Made by a program: the position numbers and the translations under genes. Below are positions 9,349-15,254 of a stretch of 15,254 bases of DNA, piece after piece; positions within the stretch are counted from its first letter, which is position 1, and the number at the start of each line of letters is the position of its first letter. The DNA lies in contig JBHLNZ010000068.1 of NCBI GenBank assembly GCA_048941015.1, positions 1 through 15,254 on the forward strand, written 5' to 3'. The notes beneath the pieces were generated by a model. That model did no database searches and had not been told where the DNA came from. It saw only the letters and a list, made by a program, of their open reading frames with translations. This stretch comes from Promethearchaeota archaeon. Its GTDB lineage: Archaea > Asgardarchaeota > Lokiarchaeia > Sigyniarchaeales > SOKP01.

Positions 9349-12300
9349 TTAAGCTACTTTTTTAAAACTAAAACTTATTGTTTTAATTTTATCTTCACTG
9401 AGTGCTGTATCACAATAAGGGCATTTTACTTTCTGTTTCTTTTTAAACCTTGCTAATATATTATCTTTTAATGATGCTGAACATTCTTTATTTGAACAGA
9501 TATTTAGAACACCATACACATATTTATCTTGTTTCGTGATTAATTCATTACCAATTTCAAGAGTTTTTGCAGTGACTTTTTCTGAAATTGATTCCTTAAA
9601 TTTTCCTAAATAATCTTTCAAATAATCAGCATCAGTACCTAAGAATAATAATATTTCTTCGCCGACTTTATACTTATTGTTTTTGCGTGAATATTGAATA
9701 TTACGTATTAAATCGTTTACAACGCGTTCTGCTAATAATTCATCATCAAGAGAGATGTCAAGATATAAATTGTAATACTTTGATTCTGCTTTAAGTAACC
9801 CTTCTTTTTTAGCTATGGATTTAACTACTTCTAATTCTTTTACATTTCCCATTTGTTTAATCAATTCAGGAAATTTTATTTCAGGCATCTCTTCTTTCTC
9901 TTCGATTATTATTTTCTTATTTGGCCATCTTAATCGTATTTTATTCTCATCCTTTAATGCTCGTATAGTTTCTATTATGTCTCTTGTGAATTTCATTTGC
10001 TCTTCTAACCGATCATCAATTAAATTATCATTATACACAGGATAATCTTGAAGGTGAATACTTTCAGTTTCATTACGACCCATTGATTTTAAGTATTGTT
10101 TAAACATTTTAAGATAAATTTCTTCAGTTAACATTGGATTTATTGGAGACAACATTAGCAAAAATTGAAATAAAATTTCGAACAAAAGCGCCATAACTTG
10201 ATATTTATTGGGATCTTCAGAATAGAGATCTAACTTTTCTCGATTCAACATTATGTACCATCGACTAACATCATTCACAATAAAGTCTCTTAATACTCCT
10301 GGAATCCAAGGTAATTCATACTTATCTGAATGCTCGATCACCCTCTTAATTACAGAATGCAATCGTGAAACTAACCACTTATCTATTTTATCTAGCTTAT
10401 TCAAATTTAATTTGTGCTCAGAAGGATTGAATTTCGCTAGAGAAAATTTCTCGTTTGCATATACGTACACATTCCAAATAGTATTAATAGTTTTGTATGT
10501 ATCAGCATATTCCTTAACATTGAAATTTAAGTCTCGACCTGGTTGGGTGGCTCCTATAGAATAGAATCTAAACGTTTCGATGCCTTTTATATTGGAATAG
10601 CTTTTATTTCCTTGAAGTTCCTCGAGAGTTCCGTTTATTAGATCTTCTGGTTCAAATGAAGTTCCCTTAGATTTACTCATTTTTAATTTTTCTCGCAAAA
10701 ACCATCCATGCATATAACACGCATTATAATTTTTGCGTTTGGATGAAACCATAGCACTACATAACAAACTGTTAAACCATCCTCTTATTTGATCTTTTCC
10801 TTCAATTATGAAATCAGCTGGGACCCAGCTGTCATAATGACTCTTTCCATCATATACTTCTTGAGCAGCCCACATTACAGAACCAGAATCTAACCATACA
10901 TCTAAAATATCTGGAATTCTTTTCTTTGTACCTTTATTGCATTTTTTACATTTCCAAGTAACTTGATCTATCCAAGGACGATGCAGATCATCCGGACATT
11001 CTCCTGCAATTTCTTTCAACTCTTGTCCAGATCCTATAACCGTAGTATCTTTACAATTTTCATTATCACAGATCCAAACACTTAAAGGAATTCCCCAATA
11101 ACGCTGTCGTGAAATACACCAGTCCTTTAATGTACTCAACCAACTCTTAAACCATCGATTTCCTGCCCAATCAGGTATCCAATAAATCTCCTCATTTTTC
11201 TTTAGTAAATCTTCGATTAAATCTTCTGTTTTAAAAAACCATTGATTTGTTGCTCTATAAACTAACTTTGAATCGCATCTCCAGCAATGGGCATATTCAT
11301 GTTCAATCTCACTGGTATGTATAAGAGTTCCCTTTTTCTTCAAGAGTTCTAAAATTTCTTGGTTAGCGTCAAAAACATGTTTACCCGCAAATTTTCCCGC
11401 TTCTTTTTTATAAATTCCCCTTATATTAACAGGATTAAAGATAGGAATATTATTTGCAACTCCTACTTCAAAATCTTCAGGTCCATGTCCAGGTGCAGTA
11501 TGAACTAATCCTACCCCTTCTGAAGCAGAAACATATTCTTCAGATAATATAATAGTATGAACTGTATCGCTTTGCCTTGCAAGTTCTTTTTGATATGGAA
11601 CTTCTTCTAAAAGGGGATGTTCGTACTTCATCCCTTTTAAATCTTCACCGTAATATTCTTTGATTAACTTGTTTTTATAACCTAATTCACCAGATATTAG
11701 AAATGGTGCTGCTGCTTTTGACATAATCCAATTCTCTTTTAGATCTTCGATCCTAAATTTACCATATTCTGCAAATGGATTTGCCATTATTGCCTCATTA
11801 GCCACTAAAGTCCAAGGAGTTGTGGTCCAAATTATAAAATATGTGTCTTTTTCTTCAGTTGATTTCAATTTTAAAAATAAACTGGTATCTTTAATATTTT
11901 TATATTCGTGTTCGTGTTTAGCTAAAGCTGTAGCGCATCTTGGACAACAATTTAATGGGCGATAAAATCTGTACAATAAACCATTTTCCCAAGCTTTTTT
12001 CAATGTCCACCAAATTCCCTCAATATAACTGTTCTTTAAAGATATGTAAGGATTATCCCAATCCCAGAAATAACAACCAAGTCTTTTAAATTGATCATTC
12101 ATAAGTTTTAAGTTTTTCAAAGCAAACTCTCTGCAACTTTTAATGAACTTATCTTCACCAAAATTAATAATCTCTTGTTTATTTTTTATCCCAAGCTCTT
12201 TTTCCATCTGAACTTCAATAGGTAACCCATGAGTATCATAACCTGGCGTGTCAGTAACTCTAAATCCTCTCATTCGTTTGTATTGAATAAGATAATCTTT

Positions 12301-12498
12301 TAAAATTTTATTCCATGCAGTACCTAGATGAATTGAGCCAGTCGTATATGGAGGTCCGTCTATAAACCTCCAAGATTCTTTTCCTTGTTCATTTTTCCTT
12401 ATTAAGGAATAGATCTCTTCTTTTTTCCAGAATTCTAAAATTCTCTGTTCTAATTCTGTTAAATTTAAGCGTTTATTTAATGCTTCCACGAGACTCAT
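9349..12498 (-). CDS. ileS: Isoleucine--tRNA ligase (archaeal type)
   Basis: DGPPY..G.IHLGT (HIGH variant), GYDTHGLPIE, WTTTPWTL, VHTAPGHG.ED (editing site), DWCISRQRYWG, EGKDQIRGWF and KMSKS. Length 1049 aa. Confidence 0.97.
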   Translation of the reverse strand: MSLVEALNKRLNLTELEQRILEFWKKEEIYSLIRKNEQGKESWRFIDGPPYTTGSIHLGTAWNKILKDYLIQYKRMRGFRVTDTPGYDTHGLPIEVQMEKELGIKNKQEIINFGEDKFIKSCREFALKNLKLMNDQFKRLGCYFWDWDNPYISLKNSYIEGIWWTLKKAWENGLLYRFYRPLNCCPRCATALAKHEHEYKNIKDTSLFLKLKSTEEKDTYFIIWTTTPWTLVANEAIMANPFAEYGKFRIEDLKENWIMSKAAAPFLISGELGYKNKLIKEYYGEDLKGMKYEHPLLEEVPYQKELARQSDTVHTIILSEEYVSASEGVGLVHTAPGHGPEDFEVGVANNIPIFNPVNIRGIYKKEAGKFAGKHVFDANQEILELLKKKGTLIHTSEIEHEYAHCWRCDSKLVYRATNQWFFKTEDLIEDLLKKNEEIYWIPDWAGNRWFKSWLSTLKDWCISRQRYWGIPLSVWICDNENCKDTTVIGSGQELKEIAGECPDDLHRPWIDQVTWKCKKCNKGTKKRIPDILDVWLDSGSVMWAAQEVYDGKSHYDSWVPADFIIEGKDQIRGWFNSLLCSAMVSSKRKNYNACYMHGWFLREKLKMSKSKGTSFEPEDLINGTLEELQGNKSYSNIKGIETFRFYSIGATQPGRDLNFNVKEYADTYKTINTIWNVYVYANEKFSLAKFNPSEHKLNLNKLDKIDKWLVSRLHSVIKRVIEHSDKYELPWIPGVLRDFIVNDVSRWYIMLNREKLDLYSEDPNKYQVMALLFEILFQFLLMLSPINPMLTEEIYLKMFKQYLKSMGRNETESIHLQDYPVYNDNLIDDRLEEQMKFTRDIIETIRALKDENKIRLRWPNKKIIIEEKEEMPEIKFPELIKQMGNVKELEVVKSIAKKEGLLKAESKYYNLYLDISLDDELLAERVVNDLIRNIQYSRKNNKYKVGEEILLFLGTDADYLKDYLGKFKESISEKVTAKTLEIGNELITKQDKYVYGVLNICSNKECSASLKDNILARFKKKQKVKCPYCDTALSEDKIKTISFSFKKVA

Positions 12499-12520
12499 CT
12501 TGTCAAATATGTGAATGTAA

Positions 12521-12530
12521 ATTATAATAA
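12521..12530 (-). promoter_or_regulatory. Putative archaeal TATA box for ileS (possibly leaderless transcript)
   Basis: TTATTATAAT on the minus strand, 23-32 nt upstream of the ileS ATG, which is the spacing expected for an archaeal promoter. Weak evidence because the region is very AT-rich. Confidence 0.3.
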
Positions 12531-12628
12531 ATACAGACTAAAAAATTTAACCAATTCTTTAAATAAGGGACATTTTTAATCAATTAAGTTAGAAAATTAT
12601 AAAAAGATCTTAAATAACAAATACTTTT

Positions 12629-14347
12629 TTAATCAGGTATTAAATTAGGAGGAGGAGTTTTCAAACAAAATCCACACTTGCCAAAAGACTTAATTGTTTG
12701 TTCCCAGCAATGCTTATGATAGGACCTTTCACAATAGGGACAATCAACATGACATGTATCTCCATCTGATCCGGCTATTTTTAAACTACACGTAGGACAA
12801 TCTATTTTATGGCAAATTACACATGAGACGACTGAGACTTCAAATATCTTCTTTGAAATTAAATTAAATAAATCTACAAGATAACTAAAAGGAGTCCACT
12901 CTTCAAAAAAATCCTTAAACGAGCTTTGAAGATCATTTTTTATTTTTTCATGGGCTTCAATTTCGAATTCATTAATAATCTTAATAGAAGGCATCTTCAT
13001 GGGATATTCTGGAGGTAAATTAATCTGGAATTGAAAGGTCAAATCCTGTGTTTTCATTTTACCTTTCATTTCAATGTTTAAAATTTCTTCAGAAGGGAGA
13101 TATTCAATATTTTGATAATGTTCTTTTAATAACTCTATTTCAAAATCAATTCTTGAATTCTTATCAACTAACCAAGCAATTTCTCTTATAAGTTCGACAG
13201 ATTCAGATTCATTTTCTCTCCAATTTTTGTAAGCATCAAGTTCTGTGATTGGGATTCTAATTAATTCCTGAAGCTCTGATGCTAATTCTACTTTAGGAGG
13301 CATAGGATAAGTACCTAAATTAACCTCTAATGAATATTCTCTAAATCCATAAGTAACCAGATGAACTGATAAATGAGTTATGTCATTAGGATTAAGATCA
13401 CATTGATATTCTCCAAGAATCTTCTTAGACTCTAATTCAATTTCTTTTATGAAAAGTAATTTATTCTCTAATTCATGGATAATGTCAACAATATGCGGAG
13501 GATTTGTACTTGACCATTTCCTCAATGTTTCTAATGATTGATCTGGATCACCTAATAAATTTGATACTTCTTTCGGGAAAGAGATTATAGGTTTTTCAGG
13601 ATAATTTTGAAAATTGATATAAATCATGAAAGTCTTCGAAACCGTTATAGTGAGATAAATGGTTAATTCTACTTTATTTTCTCTTTCTTGGTCGTAAGCA
13701 TATTCTTGTTGAATTAATCCCAACTCGGTTTTTAAAGTTAAGTTTAATTCTTCTTGAACATCGAATAAATCTTCTTGTAAAGGAGTTTCGCTTTCTGGAA
13801 CATTGATATTATTTTCAGAAGCATCTTCAATCAATGCATCATATTTTTCTGGCGCAGTTGTGAATTTTTCATAATCGAAGTCTGGAGGATAAGCATTCAA
13901 ATCTGGAGTAATATACTCTTCAGTTTGTGGTAAAGATTGTTCAACCTGTTTTGGTTCTTGATTAAGAATCTCTTTAGAATCATCTGAATCTTTAGAAATT
14001 TCAGGAGTTAGAATTACAGGCTCTTCTTCAACTTTTTTATTGATTTCTAGAGCTTGCTTTATCTTTACTTTGAGTTCATTCACGACATCAACGACTCGAG
14101 ATTCAGATGTCCATTTTGTTAAAGATTCTAAATCGATCTCACCTAATAGATTCTTAATTTCATCATGAAATAACAATTTTGGTGGAGTATTTGGAAAATT
14201 CTCATCAAATTTTATTTCTAATTCATACTTTTTATCAGCGCTTTCATATGCATATCCATATAAATGAGCAATATTTCCTGATACCATCCAAAATGAAAAG
14301 TTGGCCGCAAGTTTCTGTGCTTCCTTTAAGAGCCTTTGTTTATTCAT
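12629..14347 (-). CDS. Multi-UEV/RWD (E2-like fold x4) plus C-terminal RING finger protein; candidate ubiquitin E3 ligase/scaffold
   Basis: Four ~100-aa repeats, each with the E2/RWD (F/Y)PxxP(P) turn (FPNTPP, YPEKP, YPMPP, YPMKMP) and a downstream W...V(D/E)hh helix. The N-terminus has an E2-like RLLKE helix, residues ~101-200 form an acidic linker, and the C-terminus reads CVIC-x4-CPTC...CPYC-x4-HKHC-W...CGFC. Confidence 0.75.
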   Translation of the reverse strand: MNKQRLLKEAQKLAANFSFWMVSGNIAHLYGYAYESADKKYELEIKFDENFPNTPPKLLFHDEIKNLLGEIDLESLTKWTSESRVVDVVNELKVKIKQALEINKKVEEEPVILTPEISKDSDDSKEILNQEPKQVEQSLPQTEEYITPDLNAYPPDFDYEKFTTAPEKYDALIEDASENNINVPESETPLQEDLFDVQEELNLTLKTELGLIQQEYAYDQERENKVELTIYLTITVSKTFMIYINFQNYPEKPIISFPKEVSNLLGDPDQSLETLRKWSSTNPPHIVDIIHELENKLLFIKEIELESKKILGEYQCDLNPNDITHLSVHLVTYGFREYSLEVNLGTYPMPPKVELASELQELIRIPITELDAYKNWRENESESVELIREIAWLVDKNSRIDFEIELLKEHYQNIEYLPSEEILNIEMKGKMKTQDLTFQFQINLPPEYPMKMPSIKIINEFEIEAHEKIKNDLQSSFKDFFEEWTPFSYLVDLFNLISKKIFEVSVVSCVICHKIDCPTCSLKIAGSDGDTCHVDCPYCERSYHKHCWEQTIKSFGKCGFCLKTPPPNLIPD

Positions 14348-14475
14348 AGAGTTTAATTCTTTATAATTATGTACCTTATTAAAAACATTAAATTACATTC
14401 TTAAAAATATTTTTAAATATTGAAAGAACAATATACAAATAGCAGGTTTGTATCAATTATAACCAATAAAGGAAT

Positions 14476-15254
14476 ATGGTTTTGAATTTTCGTGAAAATT
14501 TTAAAAGAAATATTGTGATTCTTAGTAGTTTTATCATTTTCAGTATCATCTATATCAGTTTTTTACTAAAATTAAATGAAATCCAATACGGCTTTTATGT
14601 TCCCCCTTTACTAGTTCTTGGATTTGTTTTGTTCATTTTTGGTTTTTTCTATTTCTTTTTTTATTTAAATCATAAAAAAAATGAGTTCCTAACCTTTCAC
14701 ATAAAGCTGATGAATGAATTTACATTTATGCTGATTATTTTCATTTTAATGTTAATCTTTTTTTTTATACCTTCTATAACTTTCTCAGATATGATAATCG
14801 GCTGGAATGAGATACCTATTTTAAATTATATAAGGGCAGGAATTTACACAATCGGAAGTGGTTTTATTCCAGGATATTGTCTATTAAACATCTTCCTTCC
14901 TAATAACGATTTACATAAAAGATTTGAGGTTGAACCCTTTATTATCAAACTTGTATTATATCCCCTCATTTCATACACATTCCTAGGAAGTTTCACATTG
15001 ATTGTTGATCAAATAGGATTATCGAGAGGATTATATCAATATGTTCTCATTATTGCTATAATTATATTATTTTCTATCAATTTGTTTATCCAAAAACGGC
15101 GCGGTGGTAAAATTTTGTCTATTAAAAAGACAGAGATGAAAATTTCAAAATATACAATATTTTTGCTTTTTCTAATATTTTCAATATTGCTAATATGTTT
15201 AGGAGTAAGAACAAATACCCTCTTTTTAGTTGATAATGACAATTATCGAGTATT
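14476..15254 (+). CDS. Polytopic membrane protein, partial (possibly GT-C-fold/DUF1616-like)
   Basis: Not in the ORF track; translated by hand from ATG 14476 and open to the window end (~259 codons): MVLNFRENFKRNIVILSSFIIFSIIYISFLL...IIGWNEIPILNYIRAGIYTIGSGFIPGYCLL...LYPLISYTFLG...DNDNYRV. About 7 hydrophobic segments, preceded by AAAGGA. Confidence 0.75.
   Translation, partial: MVLNFRENFKRNIVILSSFIIFSIIYISFLLKLNEIQYGFYVPPLLVLGFVLFIFGFFYFFFYLNHKKNEFLTFHIKLMNEFTFMLIIFILMLIFFFIPSITFSDMIIGWNEIPILNYIRAGIYTIGSGFIPGYCLLNIFLPNNDLHKRFEVEPFIIKLVLYPLISYTFLGSFTLIVDQIGLSRGLYQYVLIIAIIILFSINLFIQKRRGGKILSIKKTEMKISKYTIFLLFLIFSILLICLGVRTNTLFLVDNDNYRV

Noticed and set aside
9815-10564. + strand ORFs 9815..10045 and 10253..10564
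   Set aside because: Antisense shadows inside ileS.
12629-14347. Interpretation as an active E2 or E2-E3 hybrid enzyme
   Set aside because: No HPN motif and no Cys at the active-site position in any of the four units.
15036-15242. 68-aa minus-strand ORF
   Set aside because: Antisense to the longer open membrane-protein frame starting at 14476.
1-15254. tRNA, rRNA, CRISPR array, IS or integrase
   Set aside because: No GC-rich structured islands, regularly spaced repeats or transposase-like ORFs were seen; intergenic gaps are short and A/T-rich.

Overview
Very AT-rich, gene-dense window that most likely comes from an Asgard archaeon (Lokiarchaeia/Promethearchaeia-like). This is inferred from an archaeal-type IleRS combined with a eukaryote-like E2-fold/RING protein. 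The left ~9.3 kb is a surface-glycan locus: a partial Gmd-like SDR, two GT4 glycosyltransferases, a GT2-GT4 ORF, a Wzx/MOP flippase, rpe and an Rmd-like SDR. It is followed by ileS, a 572-aa protein and a partial polytopic membrane protein. The most interesting element is the 572-aa protein: four tandem E2-like (UEV/RWD) domains without a catalytic Cys plus a C-terminal C4HC3 RING with extra zinc ligands, a FANCL/Listerin/BRE-like candidate ubiquitin E3 architecture. Second is the GT2-GT4 fusion, whose junction contains an out-of-frame ATG one base away from restoring two separate genes. No tRNA, rRNA, CRISPR array or mobile element was recognised.
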